64,000 bases of DNA from IMG/VR virus record IMGVR_UViG_3300021961_000063, positions 1 to 64,000 of that record; one strand, written 5' to 3'. The DNA is from a virus. The notes beneath the pieces are model-generated. The model did no database searches. It was not told the origin of the DNA and worked only from the letters and a program-made list of their open reading frames with translations. A program made the translations under genes and the position numbers. The number at the start of each line of letters is the position of its first letter. The first letter of the stretch is position 1. Below, one piece after another: positions 31,514-40,767 of this stretch.

Positions 31514-32296
31514 ATGAAAATTAGTCATGAAGTACCTCTATGTTTATTAGAGGATAGTCAAAAATTTAATGATTATGATTATTGTTTACCTCATTTGCTA
31601 GATGAGGAACCAGGTTACGAAGCGTATTTTCGTCAAGCTAAAGCAGAAGGACGATATATTATTATGGATAATTCACTCCATGAACTTGGAGAAGCCTATG
31701 ATACAGAGCGTCTGATGTATTGGATTAATCAACTCAAACCAAATGAATTTATTATTCCAGATGTATGGGAAGATTGTACAGCATCTATAGTTAATGCTCG
31801 TGCTTGGACACTTGCTAATTTACCTGATGAAGTAACTAAAGTAGCAGTTGTACAAGCAAAAACAATTAGAGAAGCAATTACCTGTTACCAAACATACAAA
31901 GATTTAGGATACCAGAAAATTGCTTTCTCATATGGTGGTAGTTATTATTTAGAATATTCATCACATCCTAATAAAAATTTAGCTAAAGCATTAGGTCGAA
32001 TTGAAATAGTAACTCGTTTATATAATTCTAAAATTATTAGTCATGTAGACCGAGTACATTTGTTAGGTTGCCAAGTACCACAAGAATTCAGTTGGTATAA
32101 GGATATGCCTTTTATTGAAACCATTGATACATCAAATCCAATAATGGCAACTATTGATGGTTTGGCTTATACAACAAATGGTCTAACTGAAAAACCAAAA
32201 GCAAATATGAATAATTATTTTTATATGGCTGCCGAGGATTTGGATTGGGAATTACTAGACTGGAATATTAATCACTTTAGAAAATTATTAAAATAA
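31514..32296 (+). CDS. tRNA-guanine transglycosylase-like (DpdA-like) protein
   Basis: IIMDNS, IPDVW, VVQ, VHLLG, IDTSNP match the TGT/DpdA TIM-barrel motif order; upstream of queC/D/E. Confidence 0.62.
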   Translation: MKISHEVPLCLLEDSQKFNDYDYCLPHLLDEEPGYEAYFRQAKAEGRYIIMDNSLHELGEAYDTERLMYWINQLKPNEFIIPDVWEDCTASIVNARAWTLANLPDEVTKVAVVQAKTIREAITCYQTYKDLGYQKIAFSYGGSYYLEYSSHPNKNLAKALGRIEIVTRLYNSKIISHVDRVHLLGCQVPQEFSWYKDMPFIETIDTSNPIMATIDGLAYTTNGLTEKPKANMNNYFYMAAEDLDWELLDWNINHFRKLLK

Positions 32297-32299
32297 GTT

Positions 32300-32524
32300 A
32301 TGGAAGAAAAAGATACAACAATGCTTTCCCTGTATGATTATTTAGGTAAAGCAGCTGGAAGAGAGTTAGGAAAAATGGTATTTCGAATTTCTCAAACTAA
32401 AAATATTAAACTTGAAGTTAAAGAAGTATCAAATCCTGCTTATACAGGTAAAATTTTAATGTATCCAAAATGGTTTTTGGATGAATATTTTAGTGTTCCA
32501 CAAATAGATGACCTACCCTTTTAA
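32300..32524 (+). CDS. Hypothetical protein
   Basis: 74 aa, SLYDYLGKAAG...YPKWFLDEYF. Confidence 0.6.
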   Translation: MEEKDTTMLSLYDYLGKAAGRELGKMVFRISQTKNIKLEVKEVSNPAYTGKILMYPKWFLDEYFSVPQIDDLPF

Positions 32525-32658
32525 TATGAATAACATAGATACAAATCCAGTTTGGGAAAAAATGTTTAAAGAAGTTTTAGACGAAATCCTTAAAAATTGT
32601 GCCTTCCTTAGTTTGGAAGATTATCGAGAATTAATTAAATTAGCAAATAAAAAAAACA

Positions 32659-33495
32659 ATGAATAAACAAGCAGTATTGTCACTAAGTGGAGGTATGGAC
32701 AGCTCCACATTGTTGCTTCATCTACTTGCCGAGGGCTATGAAGTGACAGCACTGTCTTTTGATTACGGTCAAAAACACTCAATTGAATTAGCAAGAGCTC
32801 AATCTCTGGTTTGGTACTTAAATGAATCGGGTCACAACATAAATTATCAAGTAATTAAACTTGATGGTTTGAGCCAATTACTTAATTCAGCACTTGTAAC
32901 TGGAGGTGAAGATGTACCTGAAGGTCACTACGCTGAGGAAAATATGAAAGCTACTGTTGTTCCTAACCGAAACAAAATATTTAGTAGTATCATTCAGGCT
33001 GTTGCCTTGTCAATTGCTAATGCTAAAAACACTGAAGTTCATATTGCTATGGGCATCCACGCTGGTGATCACGCTATTTACCCTGATTGTCGTCAGGAGT
33101 TTCGTGACATTGATTACGAAGCTTTTGTCGCTGGTAATTGGGATGCTCATCTTGTCTCTTACTACACTCCTTATCTTCATACTGATAAGTTTGGTATTTT
33201 AGAAGATGGTCAAGTTTGTTGTGTAGAGTTAGGTGTTGATTTTGATGAAGTATATAAACGTACTAACACATCTTATAAACCATTAGTACATATTGTTTAT
33301 GATAATTATGATAATCCATCTCCCGAATGGTTTAGTGACTACAAATCAGCATCTTCCGTTGAGCGAGTAGAAGCATTTATTAAGCTTGGTCGTAGAGATC
33401 CTGTTCACTATGCTGATGAATTTGGACCCGTAACTTGGGAATACGTAAAAGAGTATGTATCTTCCGTTCTAGATGACTACGCGAAGACAGTATAG
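32659..33495 (+). CDS. queC: 7-cyano-7-deazaguanine synthase
   Basis: SGGMDS, FDYGQKH, TVVPNRN, GIHAGDHAIYPDCR. Confidence 0.95.
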   Translation: MNKQAVLSLSGGMDSSTLLLHLLAEGYEVTALSFDYGQKHSIELARAQSLVWYLNESGHNINYQVIKLDGLSQLLNSALVTGGEDVPEGHYAEENMKATVVPNRNKIFSSIIQAVALSIANAKNTEVHIAMGIHAGDHAIYPDCRQEFRDIDYEAFVAGNWDAHLVSYYTPYLHTDKFGILEDGQVCCVELGVDFDEVYKRTNTSYKPLVHIVYDNYDNPSPEWFSDYKSASSVERVEAFIKLGRRDPVHYADEFGPVTWEYVKEYVSSVLDDYAKTV

Positions 33496-33685
33496 AAAAT
33501 CACTCCCACCACAACAACGTTATGTTGTAATTAACCAAGAAGGTGAAATATACACCGGATTAATAGGTGGTTGTTCTCAATGGTCCTATAGTTGGGATGA
33601 GGCAAAACCACTACACAAAGAAAATACATCTTGGCTCCTGCGAAATAATCCAGGAGCCGAGATAATTAAAGAAGAAGAAATATGA
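33473..33685 (+). CDS. Hypothetical protein
   Basis: 70 aa ORF overlapping the end of queC. Confidence 0.5.
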   Translation: MTTRRQYRKSLPPQQRYVVINQEGEIYTGLIGGCSQWSYSWDEAKPLHKENTSWLLRNNPGAEIIKEEEI

Positions 33686-33837
33686 AACACCCCGATCCCA
33701 AAAAACATCAGATTATTAGCTTTGTTAAATCAGGAGTTCGCCTTTTAGGTTATGGACTTATTCCATTTAACTTGGTTACTGCAACTGTTGTACTTATATT
33801 TAGTGAATTAATTGGAATTATAGAAGAATTAGTATGA
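33682..33837 (+). CDS. Small membrane protein, 51 aa (not in ORF track)
   Basis: MKHPDPKKHQIISFVKSGVRLLGYGLIPFNLVTATVVLIFSELIGIIEELV; ATGA-coupled on both sides. Confidence 0.65.
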   Translation: MKHPDPKKHQIISFVKSGVRLLGYGLIPFNLVTATVVLIFSELIGIIEELV

Positions 33838-34082
33838 AAAAAATATTTTATTTTACAGCCCCTTGGTGTGGTCCTTGCCGTATGTTAGGTCCTACTATGG
33901 ACCAGGTAGCACAGACAGTACCTGTAGAAAAAATTAACATTGATTATGAAATCGATAGAGCTAAAGCAGCAAATGTAATGAGTGTCCCTACCGTAGTATT
34001 AACAGAAAACGGACAAGAAATTCGTCGCTTTGTAGGTGCTCGTAGTTATCAAGATGTAATGAATTTTATCAATAATGGGTAA
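33834..34082 (+). CDS. Thioredoxin
   Basis: FTAPWCGPC, SVPT. Confidence 0.92.
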   Translation: MKKIFYFTAPWCGPCRMLGPTMDQVAQTVPVEKINIDYEIDRAKAANVMSVPTVVLTENGQEIRRFVGARSYQDVMNFINNG

Positions 34083-34563
34083 ATATCAATCAACAAAACT
34101 ATTTGACAACTATTCAGTTGCCATTCGCCAGTGGAAAGCACAACATTCACATTGTCAGTTGCTTCATGGTTATGCTTTAGAATTTAAAGTATGGTTTGAA
34201 TCAGTTGAACCACTTGAGGAAAACCAATTAGATGAAATGAATTGGATTCAAGATTATGGTGGATTCAAATCAACAGATGCTGAACCAACACCAGGTAACG
34301 GTTTGAAAGATTGGATGAACTATATGTGGGACCATACTTTGCTAATTGAAAAGGATGATCCATATTTGGATTTGTTTCAATCAATGAACCCAACAGTTTG
34401 TCATTTGCGTGTTATGGATAAAATTGGAGCCGAATCAGCTGCTAAATTGGTTTACGATAAATTCAATGATGTTTTGTCTAAAACAGGTGGTGGACGAGTT
34501 AAAGTAACAAAAGTAGAATGTTGGGAAGCTAAAAACAACAGTTCAATTTACATAGGAGAATAA
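34075..34563 (+). CDS. queD: 6-carboxy-5,6,7,8-tetrahydropterin synthase
   Basis: HCQLLHGY, DYGG, WDHT, GAE, WE...NS. Confidence 0.9.
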   Translation: MGKYQSTKLFDNYSVAIRQWKAQHSHCQLLHGYALEFKVWFESVEPLEENQLDEMNWIQDYGGFKSTDAEPTPGNGLKDWMNYMWDHTLLIEKDDPYLDLFQSMNPTVCHLRVMDKIGAESAAKLVYDKFNDVLSKTGGGRVKVTKVECWEAKNNSSIYIGE

Positions 34564-34565
34564 TT

Positions 34566-35381
34566 ATGGATCATAGTAAAGTAACAGAAAAACAATGGTT
34601 AATCGAGGAACCAGGTCGTATTGAAGATTACGATAAAAAGATTCCTGTACTAGAAATTTACCCTTGCGTTCAATCAGAAGGATCTCGTCAAGGTCGCCCC
34701 ACAATTGCTGTACGAGTTACAGGATGTACTCACCGCTGTTGGTTTGGTGAAGGCGGTTGGTGCGATTCTTGGTACACTAGTATTCATCCTGAAAAAGGTA
34801 TTTATACATTTAACGACATTGTTAAAATGTATGATGAAAATCCTCATATTAATGAAATGATGTTAACTGGAGGTTCACCTACTATGCAGCCTGCTTTGGT
34901 TAATGAATTAACTCATTTTGCTAACGAAAGAGGAATATTTATTACCATTGAAACCGAAGGATCTCACTTTATTAAAACCGATTACCCAATTGGGCTTATA
35001 TCTCTTAGCCCTAAGTTTAGTAATTCTATCCCTAAAATTGACGTTAATACGCCAATGGGGAAATTGGTTGACCAGAAAATGATTGACCAACATAATAAAT
35101 TTCGTTTAAATAAAGCAGCAATGGCTTTGACGATGGAGTATCATGATAATTATCATTTCAAGCCAGTATGGGATGGAACAGAAGAAAACTTAGCTGAAAT
35201 TGAAGCCTTCCGAGTTGAAATGGATATTCCAAAATGTAAAACTTGGATTATGCCTGCTGGTGATACTCGTGAAACACTAATTGAGATGTATCCTATTTCA
35301 ATTGAAATGTGTATGAAACATGGTTATAACTGGACTGGTCGAGACCACATTATTGCTTATGATACCAAAAGAGCCGTGTAA
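34566..35381 (+). CDS. queE: 7-carboxy-7-deazaguanine synthase (radical SAM)
   Basis: VQSEG...GRP...VR.TGC...C...CDS, LTGGSP, IETEG, SLSPK. Confidence 0.92.
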   Translation: MDHSKVTEKQWLIEEPGRIEDYDKKIPVLEIYPCVQSEGSRQGRPTIAVRVTGCTHRCWFGEGGWCDSWYTSIHPEKGIYTFNDIVKMYDENPHINEMMLTGGSPTMQPALVNELTHFANERGIFITIETEGSHFIKTDYPIGLISLSPKFSNSIPKIDVNTPMGKLVDQKMIDQHNKFRLNKAAMALTMEYHDNYHFKPVWDGTEENLAEIEAFRVEMDIPKCKTWIMPAGDTRETLIEMYPISIEMCMKHGYNWTGRDHIIAYDTKRAV

Positions 35382-35392
35382 TATTTATAATA

Positions 35393-35638
35393 ATGAAACA
35401 AAAATTAACTTATTTTTATAGTCCTGATTGTTCTAAATGTAGTGAAATTAAACCTTTAGTAAAGGAACTAGAATCTGTTTTTGATATTACTTATATTAAT
35501 TCCTACGAAAATGAAATATTAGTAGAGTCAAACAACATTAACTGGGTCCCAGCTTTCGTTTTAGAAGATCAAACAGGTAAATATAAATTTGAGGGCAAAA
35601 AAGAAATTACTCAGTTTTTGAAAAAGGTTATTTTATGA
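35393..35638 (+). CDS. Thioredoxin-like protein
   Basis: FYSPDCSKC, WVPAF. Confidence 0.78.
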   Translation: MKQKLTYFYSPDCSKCSEIKPLVKELESVFDITYINSYENEILVESNNINWVPAFVLEDQTGKYKFEGKKEITQFLKKVIL

Positions 35639-36123
35639 TTTTGTTTACAGAACAAGAAATTCAAAATAAAGTAGGTGAATTAGCCTACAAAATTAGAAAA
35701 AAACATCACGAGGAACCTCCCGTGTTTATATGCGTTTTAAACGGCGCTTTTATGTTCTTTACGGATTTAATGAAACATATGGGTGATTGTCATATAGATT
35801 TTATACGCGCGAAATCTTACACAGATACCACGCAGGGTGAGATATACATTACAAAACCTTTAGAAATAGATATTACTGGAAAAGATGTTTATATTGTTGA
35901 TGATATCTATGATTCAGGTAATACTATGAAACACCTAATTAAACATTTAGAGTATGGCAACCCAAAATCATTAACCCCAGTAACATTATTTAAACGATAT
36001 TCCTCTGAGGATCCTGATTTGATTTATGGTTTTAATTTAGAAAACGAACACTTTTTAGTTGGTTATGGTTTAGATGGAGAAAATGGATTAAAGCGTAATC
36101 AAAAATATATTTCCTCTATTTAA
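35635..36123 (+). CDS. hpt: Hypoxanthine/guanine phosphoribosyltransferase
   Basis: CVLNGAFMFFTDL, KSY, IVDDIYDSGNT PRPP loop, FLVGYGLD. Confidence 0.9.
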   Translation: MILFTEQEIQNKVGELAYKIRKKHHEEPPVFICVLNGAFMFFTDLMKHMGDCHIDFIRAKSYTDTTQGEIYITKPLEIDITGKDVYIVDDIYDSGNTMKHLIKHLEYGNPKSLTPVTLFKRYSSEDPDLIYGFNLENEHFLVGYGLDGENGLKRNQKYISSI

Positions 36124-36164
36124 TTTTTAGGGTAAAGGTGTTATATTTATAACATATCTACTTT

Positions 36165-36593
36165 ATGGTAAATACAACACAAGTTAATATACCCATTGAT
36201 ACTTTTGTAGTAACTGCCATAACACAAGCAAATTGGGATAGAGCAGAAGTAAAATGGGACAAATACTACTCAGATTTTTATTATGCCCGCTATTTAGAAA
36301 AAGAGTTCAACACAAAAATTCCAGGCCCTCCTTATAAAGTACTTTGGAACCACGCTATTATTTTATCTATTGCTTTTCCTTCAGATTATGACTATCAAGA
36401 TCAACAAAAAGAACGACAAAAAAGTAAGAAAAAGGTTAAAGTAATATTTATGGCCGAAGACTTAACTAAGGTTATAGATAAAGAAAAAAACAATATGATT
36501 AAAGCTGAATTTAAAGATAAAGTTGAAAATATATTAACTGAAAAAATGGGTCAAAAAGTAATATTAGAAGATGTTCACATTATATACCGATAA
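36165..36593 (+). CDS. Hypothetical protein (late cassette)
   Basis: Preceded by TATATTTATAACA. Confidence 0.55.
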   Translation: MVNTTQVNIPIDTFVVTAITQANWDRAEVKWDKYYSDFYYARYLEKEFNTKIPGPPYKVLWNHAIILSIAFPSDYDYQDQQKERQKSKKKVKVIFMAEDLTKVIDKEKNNMIKAEFKDKVENILTEKMGQKVILEDVHIIYR

Positions 36594-37143
36594 AAATAAT
36601 ACCTTTCAATGTAAAATAACTTTAGAGGGGGCATCTGAATCTACAGCCTTGGCTCGTTTAATCATTGAAGGTGAACATCATAATTTAATGTTTGATGGTA
36701 AAATCAAAAATGGTTTATGTGAAGTTAATATTGGCCAATTTAAAAACTTTGATAATTTTAAAAGTAAAGGTAAAATTAAGTTAGAAGTTATAGCAGATGA
36801 TGTTTGTTTTACTCCTTGGAAATCTGAATATAATATAAAACAAAATAAAAAAGTTGTTGCTGAAGTAAATGAAAAAACTTCTTCAAAACAACGTGTAAAA
36901 TCAACAAAAGATTCATACATTAGATATACTCCTAAAACAGAAGTTGAGAATCATGGAGAAAAAATACTTGAAATGTTAGTTAAAGAAAGAGTTGATATTA
37001 AACAATATAAATCTTTAGATGTTATGTTAAATAAAAATATTAAATCCAAACTTATATTTAAAGCATATTTCCACAAAAACCAACTTTCAGAACAAGTATT
37101 AAATTCAACTTTAGGATATCTTGTAGATAAATTTTTAAACTAA
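36571..37143 (+). CDS. Hypothetical, probably structural protein
   Basis: Beta-rich N-domain ending LEVIADD..FTPW. Confidence 0.55.
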   Translation: MFTLYTDKNNTFQCKITLEGASESTALARLIIEGEHHNLMFDGKIKNGLCEVNIGQFKNFDNFKSKGKIKLEVIADDVCFTPWKSEYNIKQNKKVVAEVNEKTSSKQRVKSTKDSYIRYTPKTEVENHGEKILEMLVKERVDIKQYKSLDVMLNKNIKSKLIFKAYFHKNQLSEQVLNSTLGYLVDKFLN

Positions 37144-37150
37144 CTTTTAA

Positions 37151-37771
37151 ATGGCTATAACTACGTTTTCAGGATCCTCAATTAGTGATACATACCAACG
37201 ACTTGTACAAACAGACGGAACGTTATTAGCTGATGGTACTGGAAGTATTTTAAATAATTTAAATTTACCCAAGTTAAGTATAAGTGGTAATTTATATGTT
37301 TCAGGCACATTATATGCTGAAAAATCAATCATAATAACTCAGTCCTATTATTCTGGTTCCCAAATTTTTGGAAATGAGTTAACAGATACCCACCAGTTTA
37401 CAGGTTCTATTTTAGCTACAGGCTCAGAACAAATAATAGGATATTTTAGTGTTACTGGTTCCTCTACATTATCTGGTTCTAATACTTTATTAGGAGTAAC
37501 AGATGTAAAAAATATTTTTATAGTTACGGGTAGCATATACGCTTCAGCTTCTGTTAACATTATAGGTGATACAACAATGACCGGTTCTTTATTTGTAACT
37601 AGTACAAATGATGATGTTTTTGTTGTTAAAAATCAGAGTAATGTTTCTCTTTTATCCGTAACTCAAAGTGGAGTTATAACTTTATCAACTCAATCAATAG
37701 AATTAACAGACCCTGCACCAAAAGGTGGAATTTATTTTACTTCTACTAATTTTTATGTAGGACTTAATTAA
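37151..37771 (+). CDS. Fibre-like virion protein (TGS/SGS repeats)
   Basis: SGSQIFGN...DTHQFTGS and many vTGS repeats. Confidence 0.65.
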   Translation: MAITTFSGSSISDTYQRLVQTDGTLLADGTGSILNNLNLPKLSISGNLYVSGTLYAEKSIIITQSYYSGSQIFGNELTDTHQFTGSILATGSEQIIGYFSVTGSSTLSGSNTLLGVTDVKNIFIVTGSIYASASVNIIGDTTMTGSLFVTSTNDDVFVVKNQSNVSLLSVTQSGVITLSTQSIELTDPAPKGGIYFTSTNFYVGLN

Positions 37772-37819
37772 AAAATAAAAAAAAATTATATATTTATCAA
37801 TAAAAATTAAACAAAAATT

Positions 37820-38536
37820 ATGGCAACTTGGAAAAAAGTAATTGTATCTGGATCGCAAGCTGAATTAGCAGCTTTAACTTCTAGTATAGCGGTATTAGTA
37901 GGTACAAATCAACAAATTACAACAAATCAAGCAACAACCTTTTTAACAGGTTCGTTTACTGGATCCTTTACAGGTGTAGCGGATCTTCCTGATTTAATCA
38001 ATGGCTCTGGAATTACATCCTTTACTTATGATGGTTCAGCTACAGCTACCGTTTCAGTATCTGGTGCTGCTGCTTTATCTTCAAACAATGTTCCTAAATG
38101 GTCAGGCGATGCTTTTGTTAACTCAGGTATTTCTGATAATGGTACTACTATAACTATTTCAGAAGATGCTGTATTCCAAAGTGATATTACTGTATTAGGC
38201 ACAGCATCTTTCCAAAATACTACTAATTTAGAAGTAGCAGATAGATTTATATTGTTAGCTTCAGGATCTAATACAACTGGTGATGGTGGTTTAGTAATTC
38301 AACAAGCTAGCCAAGACGTAGGTGAGTTATTTGGTTATGAAAATTCAATTAATCGTTGGGGATTCACTTCATCCTTTAGCGCTGATTCTTCTACATTTAA
38401 CGCCGCTGCTTATATAACAACAACCGAAGTAGGAACATCATCACCTTCATCTGCACCAATTTATGGAGGAGCCGGTAATGGATATGGTAATATGTACATT
38501 AAAACAGATACAGGAGACATTTTTATCTATTCATAA
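37820..38536 (+). CDS. Fibre-like virion protein (WKKV..SGS N-terminus)
   Basis: MATWKKVIVSGS, TGSFTGSFTG, NTTNLEVADRFILL. Confidence 0.65.
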   Translation: MATWKKVIVSGSQAELAALTSSIAVLVGTNQQITTNQATTFLTGSFTGSFTGVADLPDLINGSGITSFTYDGSATATVSVSGAAALSSNNVPKWSGDAFVNSGISDNGTTITISEDAVFQSDITVLGTASFQNTTNLEVADRFILLASGSNTTGDGGLVIQQASQDVGELFGYENSINRWGFTSSFSADSSTFNAAAYITTTEVGTSSPSSAPIYGGAGNGYGNMYIKTDTGDIFIYS

Positions 38537-38558
38537 AAAAATAATTAAAAAAATAGTT

Positions 38559-38759
38559 ATGGGATTTTCAGCAAAACACGTTGAAGGATCTAATCCTTTG
38601 ATGAAACCAACATCTACTTCTAATAGTCAATTAACTACAAAAGAAATAGAAGTTCTTTTATCTATGATTAAAAAAACAACTTTTTTAGGAGAAGATATAG
38701 AACCTTTGTATAATTTGATTATTAAATTACAAACCCAACATTTGGAACAAACTAAATAA
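38559..38759 (+). CDS. Small protein, possibly a fibre assembly chaperone
   Basis: Start moved to the AGTTATG at 38559; helical. Confidence 0.55.
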   Translation: MGFSAKHVEGSNPLMKPTSTSNSQLTTKEIEVLLSMIKKTTFLGEDIEPLYNLIIKLQTQHLEQTK

Positions 38760-38766
38760 TTAAGTT

Positions 38767-39003
38767 ATGAATTTATTTTCTGTAGATTTTACCCACAGTG
38801 AATTAAATTTTATTCGTCAATCTTTAGAAACTGTTCCTATTCAAGGTCGTGATGCTAAATTTTGTGCTTCTATTCAGATTAAAATAGAACATGAATTAGA
38901 AGAAATCACTCGTATGATTAAAGCTGAAGAACAAAATAAACTATTAGGTCTTCAAGAAATTATTAATCAAGAAGAAAACAAAACTTCTAAAAAGAAAAAA
39001 TAA
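38767..39003 (+). CDS. Small coiled-coil protein
   Basis: Helical; the EL..I...L...I.G.D pattern resembles the preceding ORF. Confidence 0.55.
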   Translation: MNLFSVDFTHSELNFIRQSLETVPIQGRDAKFCASIQIKIEHELEEITRMIKAEEQNKLLGLQEIINQEENKTSKKKK

Positions 39004-39017
39004 TATATTTATAACAG

Positions 39018-39073
39018 TATTATAGGCTCGAAAGAGAAGTGGACATAGCACATCTATGTAACCAACCATAATA
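39018..39073 (+). ncRNA. Candidate structured RNA leader
   Basis: Outer TATTAT(A)GG/CCATAATA stem, CTC-GAAA-GAG hairpin, ACATAG-N5-CTATGT hairpin; lies between the late motif and the ATG. Confidence 0.4.
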
Positions 39074-39081
39074 AAAATAAA

Positions 39082-39333
39082 ATGCCCAATTGGAAAAAAG
39101 TAATAACATCTGGATCTGATGCCACTCTAAACTCCGTTTCAGGATCTTCTTTTATATATTCAGGAGGAGACATAACAGCTCAAGATCACCTACAATCTTT
39201 AAGTGGAGTTTTAACCTTAACTCCCCAAGATCCCCTTCCCTCAGGATTACCTACTGGAAGTTTTGCTGTTAGTTCCTCAGTACCCCCAAAACCTTATTTT
39301 TGGGATGGTACTTCATGGAATGTTCTTTATTAA
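39082..39333 (+). CDS. Short fibre-family protein (WKKV..SGS N-terminus)
   Basis: MPNWKKVITSGS paralogous to 37820; C-terminal PYFWDGTSW. Confidence 0.6.
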   Translation: MPNWKKVITSGSDATLNSVSGSSFIYSGGDITAQDHLQSLSGVLTLTPQDPLPSGLPTGSFAVSSSVPPKPYFWDGTSWNVLY

Positions 39334-39396
39334 TTAAACTTAAAAATTTATTGTTTAATTTGGTTTTTTTAAAATAAGTTATTATATTAACGTTAT

Positions 39397-40098
39397 ATGA
39401 GTATTGAAAACAAACGTCGTAAAAAACATGATGGTATTGAATGTGTTCCTGTAGGTTATGCTAATGGAGTAGCAGCAGGTTTTCCGTTTACAGACAAAGA
39501 AAAGGAATCAATGATTAATGAAGCTGAAGAAGCGTTTGGTAAGTTTCTTGATGCTTTAAAATGTGATTGGCGTAATGATCCCAACTCAATGGAAACACCA
39601 CGTCGCGTAGCTAAAGCCTACGTAAACGATTTGTGGAAAGGTCGTTACAACAACTTTACAGAAATTACTTCATTCCCCTCAGATGGATATGATGGAATTA
39701 TTATTGAGCGTAACATTCAACTTACCTCAATGTGTTCACATCACCACCAAACAATTCGTGGTGTAGTCCATATTGGTTATGTAGCTGGAACTGATGGTCA
39801 AGTAATTGGTTTGTCTAAATTAAACCGTATTGTTGAACATTTTGGCCGTAGAGGAGCTATCCAAGAACAATTAACCTCCGCTATTCACCAAGCAGTAGAT
39901 AAAGTATGTGAAGGTAATCGTGGTGTTATTGTTACTGTAGTTGCTACTCACAATTGTGTAAGCTGTAGAGGTATTAATCACCAAGGAGCTGCTATGGTTA
40001 CAACTAAAGCATCAGGTGTGTTTATGGATAACAATAATCAAGCACGTAAAGAATTCTTTGACAGCTTAAAAATTAACAACGGTCATATTTCAATCTAA
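39397..40098 (+). CDS. folE: GTP cyclohydrolase I
   Basis: ETPRRVAKAY, SMCSHHH, IGLSKLNRIV, IQEQLT, HNCVSCRG. Confidence 0.95.
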   Translation: MSIENKRRKKHDGIECVPVGYANGVAAGFPFTDKEKESMINEAEEAFGKFLDALKCDWRNDPNSMETPRRVAKAYVNDLWKGRYNNFTEITSFPSDGYDGIIIERNIQLTSMCSHHHQTIRGVVHIGYVAGTDGQVIGLSKLNRIVEHFGRRGAIQEQLTSAIHQAVDKVCEGNRGVIVTVVATHNCVSCRGINHQGAAMVTTKASGVFMDNNNQARKEFFDSLKINNGHISI

Positions 40099-40268
40099 TG
40101 AAGTTAGGTGGTTTTGTTGAAAAGGTAATTAAAATTATTACCTTAGGGCAAGGTCATCGAATTGCTCTATTCATAGCTAAAAAAATGGGTTATGATGATT
40201 GTGGCTGTAAAGCAAGAAAAGACAAGTTAGACTTGTTTTGGGACAAAATCTTAAATAAATTAAAATAA
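40098..40268 (+). CDS. Small DCGC-motif protein, 56 aa (not in ORF track)
   Basis: MKLGGFVEKVIKIITLGQG...DDCGCKARKDKLD...; TAATG-coupled to folE. Confidence 0.65.
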   Translation: MKLGGFVEKVIKIITLGQGHRIALFIAKKMGYDDCGCKARKDKLDLFWDKILNKLK

Positions 40269-40269
40269 T

Positions 40270-40767
40270 ATGTTATTAAATTCAAATCAAATATCAAATC
40301 ACATTATTGAGTCCGAATTTTCAAAACGTGCTCAAATTGGTATCGACCTTTCAGTTCAAAAAATTGAATGGGTTTCTGCTGGAACTACTGTTTATACTGA
40401 TAAAACTATCGTAGATCCTTTCTTTTATCATGAACAGCCTTTGATCATGATTGATGGTAAAGAATGCTGGCGCTTGTCCAAAGGTGTTTATTCAGTTACA
40501 TTTAATGAAGGAATTAATGTTCCTGTTGATTGTGCTGCTAAAATTACTCACCGCTCATCTTTGTATCGTGGAGGTACAATTATTGAATCTCCTTGGTGGG
40601 ATCCTGGTTTCCATTGTGAAATTATGAACTCAACAATGATTGTAAATAGTTCAATTATTATTGAGAAAAATGCTCGAATCGCTCAAATCGCTTTCTGGCG
40701 TGTTGAAGAGGTAGGTGAGCAATACAATGGTCAATTCCAAGGTCTAAACACAGCATACAACAAGTAA
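40270..40767 (+). CDS. Trimeric dUTPase / dCTP deaminase family protein
   Basis: GIDLS, HRSSLYR, WDPGF, RIAQIAF, YNGQFQG. Confidence 0.82.
   Translation: MLLNSNQISNHIIESEFSKRAQIGIDLSVQKIEWVSAGTTVYTDKTIVDPFFYHEQPLIMIDGKECWRLSKGVYSVTFNEGINVPVDCAAKITHRSSLYRGGTIIESPWWDPGFHCEIMNSTMIVNSSIIIEKNARIAQIAFWRVEEVGEQYNGQFQGLNTAYNK

Noticed and set aside
37151-39333. Diversity-generating retroelement acting on the fibre genes
   Set aside because: No reverse transcriptase and no TR/VR repeat pair visible in this window
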